Source: Massalongia carnosa
Lineage: Eukaryota
Assembly (NCBI GenBank): GCA_965645245.1
Contig: OZ287082.1
Location: forward strand, 682,001 to 746,000
Length of the DNA: 64,000 bases
Direction of reading: 5' to 3'
Shown here one piece after another: positions 1 to 10,133 of this stretch. Under the pieces are notes generated by a model. That model did no database searches, was not told the origin of the DNA, and worked only from the letters and a program-made list of their open reading frames with translations. The number at the start of each line of letters is the position of its first letter. Positions within the stretch are counted from its first letter, which is position 1. The position numbers were made by a program, and so were the translations under genes.

Positions 1-2140
1 CTCCTGTTGCCATCTCTCCGCTCCGATTCACTTCTGCGTTTCCTCGTGCAAACGGTCAAAAAAGATGTATGGTTTCGATACACCTGTCTGAAGAAGAAAT
101 CTCACAATGCATTCAGGTTTCTATCAAACGAGATCTTCAGGAAGAGCCATAAGCATAATGACAGTTCCCGCTCCTCAAGCTTGTCGAGAACCAGGCCAAA
201 GATCATTTCCATCTTTTCGGGTCCGATAAAGGCAAAAATGACTGGTAGGAAAGGCTTCATTTCGGAAAGGGTAGTCTCGGAAATATGAACGAGTCGTTCA
301 TCATGAAAAATCCTTGTCCCATTCAATGCTCCGTACATATGTTGCGAGCAAGTTAAAAGCTTGAGAGAGCGGGATAGATATCAGGCCCTCGATTTTTGAT
401 TTTCTGCAATGATCACCTGCATGACCTTACAGGCCTGAACGGAATCGTCCTTGTCGAGGACAATTTCAAGGAGTGTAGTCATAGCCACGCCTGCTAAGTG
501 TATTCCGGCTGGTGTATGTATCTGCTTCTACATCCCTGATATGAGCGGCACAAGAGCTAACTATGCTCTGGAAGTCTTTTGCGTTGTATTTTGTCCAGAC
601 ACTTCGACTTTCGTGATCAAAACGGCTTCGTATGATGATTCAAACTTGAAAAGATAACGACACTCTGCTCTTTTGCTCTAAGAAAAGCTGAAAGAAGGTT
701 TCAAAGAATTTTATCCTCATCACACTTCAGTAGACTTCGAAATGATCAGGAGAAATGAGACCTAAAGCGGAGGTCGCAAAGCGCTGATTCGATTTAGAAA
801 TGTCAACAAGCTCAACTACTCTTTCACTGAACTAATGTCAGCTGTCTAATCAACGGCCGTGATGGAAAGCGAATCATTTACCAGAGATGAGTTTAGATTT
901 CAACAGACTTCGATTAATCGATCTAAATTGTCGTGCTATGTTTACTGCTTTCTCAGACGGATTCCATTCGAACTCGATGAACATAGGGCTCCAGATCAGT
1001 CGTAGAGAATCCTCATCGGCTTGTAGAGAAAATAGTTGTTCTAGAATTGATCGGCGAAGGGTTTATAGTCAAGGACTGCCTTAAGGATGAAGACTGCGAC
1101 GATGATGTCGAGCGTGCCGATTTAACTGATCTGCCCCTATTCATTTTTAGATGTATATCATTTTCTCAAGTGGTTTCGTTCATTGCCTTGATTCGATCAT
1201 TCCGCGGCCGGTTGCGAACAGGTGCGATTGAACTGGTCACGGGATATGGCGGAAACTCCTGGTCGGGTCGAGGAGGCAGAGGAGACGGTTCCACATCATC
1301 TCCCCGAGTTTCTGCCTGATTTGTACAGGCCGTAGAATACAAAGGTACATGGCTGGGTCAAGGGGAGAAAGAAGGTCGCTCTGGCTCATCCCATGTAACT
1401 CCTGCTGAGATGAACGCATGGTAAAAAATTGCTGATGCGACGGATTAAAACAGAGTTCTGGTGTCGGAAATGATCTCGTCCCCACGAGGCTTGCCTGATT
1501 TCTTGGAGTATCCGATGAATCTTATTCCGCCGAGCGAGAAAACTGCTGCAGACTTTGCGAAAGTGGAATGCCTTCTACCTGAGGCGAACGGGTCGGTTCA
1601 TATAAGGTCTGCGACCAGGCTTTTGTCTGATTTCTCCTTACTGGCTTCCTGACAAAATCCGGTTGTGAGGGCGGTGATGACCGGGCAGGCTCATGGTGAA
1701 TTCGCTTTTCGAACCGCTAGGATTCGGAAAACGTTGATCTGAACCGTTTTCGCTCTGAACTGGATGGGCCGTAAGATCCTGGGGATGTATTGACTGTCCC
1801 AAAGAGCGCGCTCTCAACGAAGAAGGCTTTCCTATTTCGCTAAGCCTTGCCAGTGGTTGAGAGGACTCCCTCGGTCGAAGATAGTCCTTTGTTGAAGGAG
1901 GCAATAGGGGTCGGGTTTGCACACTCCGGAGACTTCCTGTTCGGAATAAAGCTGGCTCAAGTTGAGGATCGATTCCTATGCTATTGACGCTTTAGTAACG
2001 TCGAAGAGACTCTTGAACACATGTTTGCCGATGTTGATTGATTTGAAATCCTGTCGCAGGTTCTTGAACATGTGGTTCTTCTTGATCTTGGGAGTGGCAC
2101 GAGTCGAGCATTCTCCCTTCAAAACAAAACTGTCGTTAGG
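1..2140 (-). pseudogene. Degenerate gene of unknown function (Ser/Pro-rich N-terminal part, helical C-terminal part), runs off the left edge
   Basis: Chain of minus-strand coding-like fragments (1638-1922, 102-338) broken by stops and frameshifts; no family motif recognised. Confidence 0.3.
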
Positions 2141-2143
2141 AAG

Positions 2144-2551
2144 TGTCAGATGATGAGGCCACCATCAATATAGGCATCCATCGTGAGCTCCAGGAGGTGC
2201 CTGGCAGAGTGCCAGAACAGATATGGGAGCCTAGGTCTGACCGTCATGTCCTATGGAAAGTGCTGTTCCAGTTCAGGCCAGTTCAGGCAAGAAGGGGGCG
2301 CTTGGGACCCTTCGAGCAAGTGCTGTTCCAGTTCAGGCAAGAAGGGGACGCTTCGGTTGTTAGATGATAAGGCATCCATCATGAGTCCCGGGAGGTGCCT
2401 GCCAGGCACCTATAGGGGGCCTGATTGGCAGACATGGGAGGCCTACAGTATGACTGTTTAGGCTCCTAGGTGTAACTGTTTTGTGACTGCTATATAAGCA
2501 GACAAATAGCCCACACAGATAATTACCTTCAATGACAATCATGCTATAACA
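2144..2551 (+). mobile_element. LTR-like relic with internal duplications
   Basis: TGTCAG...ATAACA termini, TATATAAG at 2491, second start-like copy TGTTAGATGAT at 2358, duplicated AAGTGCTGTTCCAGTTCAGGC; flanks GGAAG/CCTAC are not a TSD. Confidence 0.5.
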
Positions 2552-3114
2552 CCTACACCTGAATTTACCATTCATTAGGAGGATGATCTGGTTTAAGATG
2601 AAAAGCATTCGCCCATGTACGGGTCTCGAGCCTTTCGACATTATACTTCGAGGATGAAGAGTTCTTGACTTCAACTACTTTGACGACTTAGAACCCATGA
2701 TGATATAGCAGAAAGTTGAGGCTCAACAACAAAGAAGGCAAATGATTTTGTGAAAATGGGGCAGAGACCTCATCAGTGCTGTAAATAGTTGATCCTCGTA
2801 GAAACTACGAATTCATCGCTTTACCTAGCACAGCTAAGAGACAAAAAGTGCGGCAACTTTCTCGCCTCCAAGCAGCTACGAACGGCGCAACATCGATGCG
2901 TGATTCATGATGTATTGTGGCTAGGCTTCGTTTCGTCGAGACGGTCATGGGGAACTGGCAGATAGATGGAATATGAATAGTTCATCGATTAATCACAATA
3001 TGATCGAATTTTTTCTTTCCGACATATGTTAATATTTCGAATCCGGGCTATTACTGGTCGCTCGAATCAAGTAAATCGGCCCAGGGCGCGAAATGGCATC
3101 CTACCCTCGAATGT

Positions 3115-3620
3115 TATTCCACCGTACCCTCTCAGATGACAAGTACGCCGCTTAAGTAAATCTGGTCCCTAAAAGTTATATTCCACCGTACCTACGGTGG
3201 AATTAAGCATATGGGATAGATATTCCACCGTACCCCCCCAGATGACATGTACGCCGCTTAAGTAAATCTGGTCCCTAAGAGTTATATTCCACCGTACCTA
3301 CGGTGCATTTAAGCATATAGGTTAGAGTTATATTCCACCGTACCTACGGTGCATTTAAGCATATAGGTTAGGGTGGAATAGCACCCAACCCTTGAAAGAT
3401 ATTCCACCGTACCCCCTCAGATAACATGTACGCCGCTTAAGTAAATCTGGTCCCTAAGAGTTATATTCCACCGTACCTACGGTGCATTTAAGCATATAGG
3501 TTAGAAATTAATTGAATGGGGCCCCCCCAGATGACAAGTACGCCGCTTAAGTAAATCTGATCACTAACATTTTTATTGAATGGGGCCCCCAATTCAATTA
3601 CGCATATAGGTTAGGTTAGA
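3115..3620. repeat. Complex tandem array with palindromic core
   Basis: TATTCCACCGTACC at 3115, 3179, 3221, 3285, 3331, 3400, 3464; CACCGTA-CC-TACGGTG palindrome in four of these; GTACGCCGCTTAAGTAAATCTG four times. Confidence 0.9.
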
Positions 3621-4043
3621 CGTTTAACAGAAAATTAAATCTGAGTTAATATAAGACTCTGACGAATTAAATTCATCTTAATTCAACTGTAAATTCAATT
3701 TTTCTTTTCTCTCTGATATGACATTATCGTTATGACTTTATTGACGATCGAAATATTTATCTTTATTTTGATTGATTGATTGATTGATTGATTTTTCTTA
3801 CGCCGATATGACACCAGCTGAAGCTGGCCCATGCGGGAGATACTACATAGGCTATATAAAGGCAGAAAACCCGAACGGGTAAAAAACTGCTCCTGCGTAC
3901 CAGGTTTGTAGAGGACTCGCTCTTTCCCCGGGTTGATCTCTACGGTTTGGGAAACCCGCTATACCCGTTATGCGCCTGAGTAAGTGCAAGAATAAAAGAG
4001 AAGAAAAGAAAATAAGTAGAAGAAAAAACCAATTCTCCTCTCA

Positions 4044-7000
4044 TTATTGCTCCGTCATTTGCGCGGCAATGGTGTACTGTGTTAGTATGCCCGTACGCAT
4101 AAGCCATGCAGTGATTATTTTGATCGCTTTGGGGTCTGTTATCAGTTTTTGATAATCCAGCGAGCCAGCTGCACGCAACATATCGATTCTATTATGCAAT
4201 CCGCAGAACATTATCACATGTTTCGCCGTTTGAAAGCGGCTTCCGCACAGGCAGGCCGCGGACTCAATGTCTGGCACCTTGCGTTTGAATAGAAAACTCG
4301 CTAACCCGATTTTCTCTGTTCTAATTTGAATTGCGAGGGAGCTTTGCGCCTTATTCAGCAGCTTGTGCGTGTTCAACCTGTTTTTGTGCAATGGACCCGA
4401 CTGTGCTATTGTTGGATCAAGCGTATGTATTGATTGATACGCTATCCATTTGTCCTTCCATTTTTCTTTAAATCGTTTCGCTATGATTCCGTCTCTTTCT
4501 CTTTGAAGTGCGGCATATTCTGCTCGTTTTTCCTCTTGTGCATTCTCCGCTTTTTCCCATGGTGGTGTGCGTTTGGGCTTTCTCTTTGTTGATACTTCAG
4601 CTGTCAGCTTGGCCACCCATCTCTGTCTACGAGCTCCCGGTGTTTCTCCAATAATCCGTTGTCGCCCTCTTTTCCCTTTCAATCTCGTTCTGATTTTCTC
4701 GCATGCCTGTTCTATGACTTTTGCCTGACCGTTGTGTTGTAGCCTCGATCTACCTTTGGCCTGCAGATGATCCAAATGTTGCGTCAATGGACAGATGAAT
4801 GTTTCCGCCTGTAACACCTCGATGGGTGTGGCCCTGTACGCTCCGGCTACTACTCGTAAACATTTGTTTTGTACGATCTCGAGTTTGCTTTTCCTCGTGA
4901 CTTTGACGTGCTTTTGTGTTTCCTCCGGCGTGTGCCATACCAGAGAACCATGGGTCATTGCCGGGCGTACCACCGCCGTGTACACGTGACGGGCTTGTAG
5001 GAGGGTCGCACCCCAAGTGGCTGCGGCGATTCTAGTCAGCGCTCTCGTTTGTCTCGTCATTTTCTTCTGTATCTCTTTGTAGTGCGCCGACCAATTGAGC
5101 CTCGTGTCTATGTACACCCCCAGCACTCGTACAGATTTCGTGACGTTGAGTAGTTTGCCGTTTACTGTGAAGGAAGCTTCGAGATTGAATTTCTTGGGAT
5201 TTTTTGCTAGATGTATGAGCTCGTATTTATGCGGCGCGAACACGGAGCCGTGGCGTTTCGCCCATCGTTCGCAATTCTCGTGTATTTCTTTCAATGTTTT
5301 GCAATTTTCTTCCGTGGATTTGCCATATGTCAGGATGTTCACGTCGTCTACGAATCCTATGCCTGCCGCGTTTGTGCTGGGTCTATTGCAAATGTCTAAG
5401 AGGTCCGCATTGTAAAAGAGATATAGAATGGGAGATAGAGGAGATCCCTGAGGGATTCCTATGCTCAGCGGAAATGCGTTAGTGGTGCGTTGATTAATCG
5501 TGAGCGTGGTTTCTCTTTCTTTCAAGAAACTATCCGTCCATTTGGCTATCCACTCTGGGATCTTTCGTTTTCTCATGTTGTGAATGAGCCTACGATGAGA
5601 GACGGTGTCAAAGGCTCCCGATACGTCTATGCTCAATAGAGATGCCACTTTATCGTTACCCTGATTCCATACGGTGTGCACTTGTTCAGTGAGCAGCTCC
5701 AGTGCTGTTTCCGTTCCGCGGCCCGGCCTTGCACCCATTTGAGTATCCGGGATCAGTTTAAATTCTTCCGTCAGATGGCTAATTTTCCTTGCTATAATGG
5801 ATTCCAATGCTTTGCCCAACGTGTTCAACAACGCTATGGGTCTCCATGCCTTGGGATCCGTATAGTTTCCTTTTCCTGGCTTCTTTAGCGTGATAGTGTT
5901 GGCGATTTTAAAGACTTTCGGATGATATCCTTCATTCACACATGCTTGAAAAAGTGGTGTCAGCAATTTGATTAGGTTTTCTGAACAGGCTTTGAGAATT
6001 CTATTTGTGATTCCATCCGGTCCTGGGGCTTTGTCTGGCTTTGGCTTTCGCAGCGCCGCCGCCACTTCTTCTTCCGTTATCAGTGCTGGACATTCTGGTG
6101 TTGGAGGGTACGAATATCCTACGAGATCCCCGAGATCCGCGTTAGGAGGAGGGGGAAAGAAGGACTTCTTCAGCATATTTACTCTCTTCTCGAACGTGTC
6201 TGCTATCGTATTGGGATTTTGTGCTGTTGCTAACGGGGGCATTTTTGGAATTTCTCTTGGTGCGTCGCTTCTGTCTTTGCCCCATTTTGCGAGTCGGAAG
6301 AGTCCTGTTCTTGATGCTGCAACTTCGGCCATTTGTTCTCTGAAATGAAGATTTCTTGCCTTACCGATGATTTTCTGTTTTTTGTCGTTCATTCTGATGT
6401 AGTTTTTCCAGTCTGACAGATTTCTTTCCGCCGTCCAGATCCTACGAAGCCTGCGGGTCTCCTTCGTTGCCTCCTCGCACTCTCTATTCCAGAAGGACTT
6501 CGCCTGGGGACTAGGTTTAGCCCATGGTACCGCCTCTTGAACGATTCTTTTGAGGTAGTCTTGAATATCTGCAGTGTATGCATCAATTTCGTTGGCGCCT
6601 CGTACGACGCGTGGTGTGGGGGCATTTCTCTCAACTTCTCTCAGTTTATTCATGTCCAGGAGTTTCCAGGCTCTTCGGCGGGGAGGCGTAAGGGGTTCAC
6701 AGGTGAGGCGGAGCCTCGTCGATATTGGTACGTGATCTGAGTCTTGATTCAGCTCCGGGACTGTGATACAGTGTTCCAATCTTTCTACGAGATCTTCCGT
6801 CATGAACACCAGATCGATGGTGCTGAATGAGTTTCTTGCCTCCCATGTCACTGTTCCTCTTGGCAGGGTGAGCGAAAGATTTTTACTTTCAATGATGTCT
6901 AGTAGCTGTTCGGACGCCTCGTGTTGACCTCGCACTCTCGCACCTCCCCAATGTGGATGATGAAGGTTGAAATCCCCTAGCAAGATGTGTTCTCCTGGCC

Positions 7001-7418
7001 CGTTCAGTTGACGCAGGGCGGCCGGTAGGGTAGACGGACTATCCGTCGCTGAGATAGATAACGGGGATGGATTGTAGATGTTGTGTATATGAATTTTTCT
7101 TAACACGCTTCCTATTCTGATTTCTATATTCAATGTGCATAGATCTTCTGTTGGATATTCCACGTCCCAACTTTCTGGATCTATCTTCTCGTTGATATAG
7201 AAGCAGACGCGTGTGTCTCCTCCGGATTTGTAAAGTAAGTGAAACCCGCTCTGATAGGGGTTGAGTAGTAGGGCCGTTGTAGGGTTTTTCCATGGTTCTT
7301 GAATAGCAATGATATCGAAATTCTTTGTTTTCTCGTCTGCAAGCAATGGTATCAGTGTGCCTTTCGCACTTTTCCTGACGTTGTACTGCAGAATTGTGAG
7401 AGTGTTCGTGTCTCTCAT
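4044..7418 (-). CDS. LINE ORF2: AP endonuclease, reverse transcriptase, C-terminal CCHC; no RNase H
   Basis: 1124 aa; IAIQEPW, LLGDFNLHH, SDH (APE); KAPGPDG, RPIALLN, GIPQGSPLSP, FVDD (RT); CLCGSRFQTAKHVIMFC. Confidence 0.97.
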   Translation of the reverse strand: MRDTNTLTILQYNVRKSAKGTLIPLLADEKTKNFDIIAIQEPWKNPTTALLLNPYQSGFHLLYKSGGDTRVCFYINEKIDPESWDVEYPTEDLCTLNIEIRIGSVLRKIHIHNIYNPSPLSISATDSPSTLPAALRQLNGPGEHILLGDFNLHHPHWGGARVRGQHEASEQLLDIIESKNLSLTLPRGTVTWEARNSFSTIDLVFMTEDLVERLEHCITVPELNQDSDHVPISTRLRLTCEPLTPPRRRAWKLLDMNKLREVERNAPTPRVVRGANEIDAYTADIQDYLKRIVQEAVPWAKPSPQAKSFWNRECEEATKETRRLRRIWTAERNLSDWKNYIRMNDKKQKIIGKARNLHFREQMAEVAASRTGLFRLAKWGKDRSDAPREIPKMPPLATAQNPNTIADTFEKRVNMLKKSFFPPPPNADLGDLVGYSYPPTPECPALITEEEVAAALRKPKPDKAPGPDGITNRILKACSENLIKLLTPLFQACVNEGYHPKVFKIANTITLKKPGKGNYTDPKAWRPIALLNTLGKALESIIARKISHLTEEFKLIPDTQMGARPGRGTETALELLTEQVHTVWNQGNDKVASLLSIDVSGAFDTVSHRRLIHNMRKRKIPEWIAKWTDSFLKERETTLTINQRTTNAFPLSIGIPQGSPLSPILYLFYNADLLDICNRPSTNAAGIGFVDDVNILTYGKSTEENCKTLKEIHENCERWAKRHGSVFAPHKYELIHLAKNPKKFNLEASFTVNGKLLNVTKSVRVLGVYIDTRLNWSAHYKEIQKKMTRQTRALTRIAAATWGATLLQARHVYTAVVRPAMTHGSLVWHTPEETQKHVKVTRKSKLEIVQNKCLRVVAGAYRATPIEVLQAETFICPLTQHLDHLQAKGRSRLQHNGQAKVIEQACEKIRTRLKGKRGRQRIIGETPGARRQRWVAKLTAEVSTKRKPKRTPPWEKAENAQEEKRAEYAALQRERDGIIAKRFKEKWKDKWIAYQSIHTLDPTIAQSGPLHKNRLNTHKLLNKAQSSLAIQIRTEKIGLASFLFKRKVPDIESAACLCGSRFQTAKHVIMFCGLHNRIDMLRAAGSLDYQKLITDPKAIKIITAWLMRTGILTQYTIAAQMTEQ

Positions 7419-9025
7419 AATTGATCGTCATTGTTGAGAAGTTCTTCGTTAGTGCTTGGCGTCCTGATGCGTGGACGACCTCTCACCGGCTTGGCGAAGG
7501 CCATTTCTCGAATCTCCGGATTCATCATTCTTGTCGTTCTCCATTCTTCTCTTCCTCGTAGGGGCTTCTCTCTATCCTCTCTCCTGGGCGATAATGATCG
7601 CGATCGTGCCACCAGCGGTCTTCCTGCGAGGTTCGTGCTTGGCTTTCTTTTTCTTATTGTTTCCATAGCCTCTGTCATTTCTTCATCGTTTGTCTCCTGT
7701 ACCTCTTCCTCCTCTACTATGGTGCTCCCTGTCCCGTCGGTCTGGCTTCGTTGGGTGTCTTTGTTGTTGTCGGTTGTGATGATCACTTCGACGTTCTGCA
7801 GCGGTGCGTTGGGAGATGGTGTGCTTTTCGATCCTAATCCTCTTTCCTTTCTCTTTTCCTCTTCTCTCCCGCTCGGAGGTGTTGCGTAAAGTCTTCTAGC
7901 GGAGTCCCTTGCGATTTCCGTTCGATGCTTTCTCTCCTTTCTTGTTCTGCATTCTGCCGCCCATGCTGGGTGGCCTTTTTCTCCACACGCTCCGCATCGT
8001 AGGAACCTCGGCGCCTTGTTGCCGGGGCACGATCGGCTTTCGTGTCTCCCCGCGCAGTATCCACATGTGGTGGGATTTCTGCAGAACTTTGCTATATGGC
8101 CGTATTGTTGACAATTGAAGCATTGTGTGAGCTTGCATCCGGCTTCGAATAGCTCGCACGTCTTGATTTCTCCTCTGTCTGCTAGACCTACGAGGATGAG
8201 CCGATTGGCCATCTCCGCAGTTTCTACCTCGATGTGCATAGACGCGTATCTCTTGTTCTGCTTAATGGCTCTAGTGCTCCATGCCACTCTATTAATTTTT
8301 AGGTCTTCGTGCAGATCCTTGTTTTCTCTTATCAGATATTCTATGGCCTTCATTTGTTTTGGTCCTCGTACATCGTTCATCCGCATGCCGTGTGCTATTA
8401 CCGCGTATCCCTCTTTACGAATCGTCGCCGATGCCGCCACATTCTTTATCCATGCTGGTTGTGATTGGAGGCTCTGCTTAGCCTGCGCTGTTTTGGTGTG
8501 GATTTTCAAATCCCCGCTGGGGAGCTTCCTGATACCCGCTATCTCGCTGTTGGGGATTTTTATAGCTTCTATGATTTCTTTTGTCGTCTTTCTTCCCAAG
8601 GCCTCTTGCTCTTTGGGATCTTCTATTCTGACTATGAGTTCTTTCATCTTTCTCTTTTCTCTAAGCATGTTTTCATCGATTTGGGTCTGCGTCTTTCCGA
8701 TATCCCCAGTCGTTCCCCTACGGCCCCCAGACGCGACGGCGGCGTAGCTGAGCGCTTTTCCATTGTTTTCTCCCTGCTTCTCAATCTTCTGTAATCTTTG
8801 TTGTATGTCGTGCAGTGTGCTTTGAAGACTTTCTTGATTCGACGCGTCAGGCGCGTCGCGTTTTGCCTCGTTTTGTTCTATGAACTCCACCAATGCGAGT
8901 ATCCAGCGACTCACTACTGCGCCTGGTACGGTCTCCCCCATACCTTTTAGTACCTCCCTCGCTTTACATGTTAAGTGGTAGGCTTCACGCATTTCACGCG
9001 TCAAGGCGTATTCGTTCGTGATCAT
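7415..9025 (-). CDS. LINE ORF1 gag-like nucleic acid-binding protein with three zinc knuckles
   Basis: 536 aa; CFNCQQYGHIAKFC, CGYCAGRHESRSC, CGACGEKGHPAWAAEC; stop overlaps the ORF2 start (ATGA). Confidence 0.95.
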   Translation of the reverse strand: MITNEYALTREMREAYHLTCKAREVLKGMGETVPGAVVSRWILALVEFIEQNEAKRDAPDASNQESLQSTLHDIQQRLQKIEKQGENNGKALSYAAVASGGRRGTTGDIGKTQTQIDENMLREKRKMKELIVRIEDPKEQEALGRKTTKEIIEAIKIPNSEIAGIRKLPSGDLKIHTKTAQAKQSLQSQPAWIKNVAASATIRKEGYAVIAHGMRMNDVRGPKQMKAIEYLIRENKDLHEDLKINRVAWSTRAIKQNKRYASMHIEVETAEMANRLILVGLADRGEIKTCELFEAGCKLTQCFNCQQYGHIAKFCRNPTTCGYCAGRHESRSCPGNKAPRFLRCGACGEKGHPAWAAECRTRKERKHRTEIARDSARRLYATPPSGREEEKRKERGLGSKSTPSPNAPLQNVEVIITTDNNKDTQRSQTDGTGSTIVEEEEVQETNDEEMTEAMETIRKRKPSTNLAGRPLVARSRSLSPRREDREKPLRGREEWRTTRMMNPEIREMAFAKPVRGRPRIRTPSTNEELLNNDDQL

Positions 9026-9767
9026 TCTTTAGAATCACCAGCGTCCCCTCTTGTCTCTATCTTTATTTTAATTAATTCGAATTAAATCTTATTTATTTCG
9101 TATCGATTAATATTTCGTTTAACAGATATTCAATTACTTCTTGATAATTTGTTTGTTTATTTTTCTTTTTTCTTTTTTCTTTTTTTCTGTTTATCTATTT
9201 ATCTGACTGTTTTCTTTTTCAGGAATTCTAGAATTCAAACAATTCGCGAGAAATTTAAATTTAAACTTGAATTCAAATTTAAATATTTGAGATTTTCGTC
9301 TCTTCAATAATTATTCTACAACAAATAACAATATTTTAATGTTGTTTTTTTAACTTTTAACAACTCAAAATTGTTGAACTCGTTTTTTTAAATTTTAATT
9401 TCGAAAATATTTAGATAAAAATAAATTAAATATCGTTTCGTTATCTTTTTTAAGATCGTTTTATTCTATTTATTATTATAACTTGTATGATTTTATAATG
9501 CATTTTCTTTTTGTTTTTTTATTAAAATATTAATATATTTATTAGATCTTTTATAAAGTTTTTTCTAAATTAATCAATTCGATAAAACCTATTTTACTTT
9601 ACTTTAATTAAAAAAACTTGTTACGATAATTACACGAAGATATTTCTTATGTAAATATTATTATAATTTATAATTGTATTATATAATAATTAAACAATAA
9701 AACCAAAGACGGACATCAGAATTCTGGGACTTCAAATCGACTCAAAGCTGAAGTTGGGTCCACACAC

Positions 9768-10121
9768 TGTCACGGTGCGAGGTTAGGTAGGAATTCAGGT
9801 GGTGCAAACGTGTTACTTGATTGTCTAGCTAGGTGGACAAGACGTTCGACAAGGAGAAAAGAAACAGAAAATCCAAAGTGGGCGAGTATAAGACTCTGGC
9901 GAACGGAACTAGTCCCAATCCAGCCGTTGATCCAATTTCCCCAAGTCCCTAGCATGAAACTATCGCCATGACACTATTGATAGTCGGAACACTTACCTTT
10001 GCCCTGACTGAACCGGATTAAGCTTAGTTCCTTTCGGATCGGCTAACCGGCTAGTGCTTCGTTCAAGCAGCTAAAGTTGATCCAATGAACTAACTGGCAG
10101 GTGCCCAGTCACTCCATGACA
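9768..10121 (-). repeat. Gypsy-1 3' LTR
   Basis: Direct repeat of 15316-15669. Confidence 0.97.
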
Positions 10122-10133
10122 CCAGCTCCCCTT

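Larger units (their letters stand above)
3770..9057 (-). mobile_element. Full-length intact Tad-like LINE (LINE-A)
   Basis: Two intact ORFs, (AATC)6 tail at 3770-3793, 12-bp TSD TATCTTTATTTT at 3758-3769 and 9058-9069. Confidence 0.97.

Noticed and set aside
3115..3620. CRISPR-like array
   Set aside because: The intervening sequences are themselves repeated, the context is eukaryotic and there are no cas genes
4750..8794. Many 60-210 aa ORFs overlapping LINE-A (likewise in the Gypsy and Copia elements)
   Set aside because: Antisense or alternate-frame shadows of TE ORFs with no motifs
9770..9955. 61-aa ORF duplicated at 15318-15503
   Set aside because: It lies inside the LTRs, so the duplication is the LTR itself
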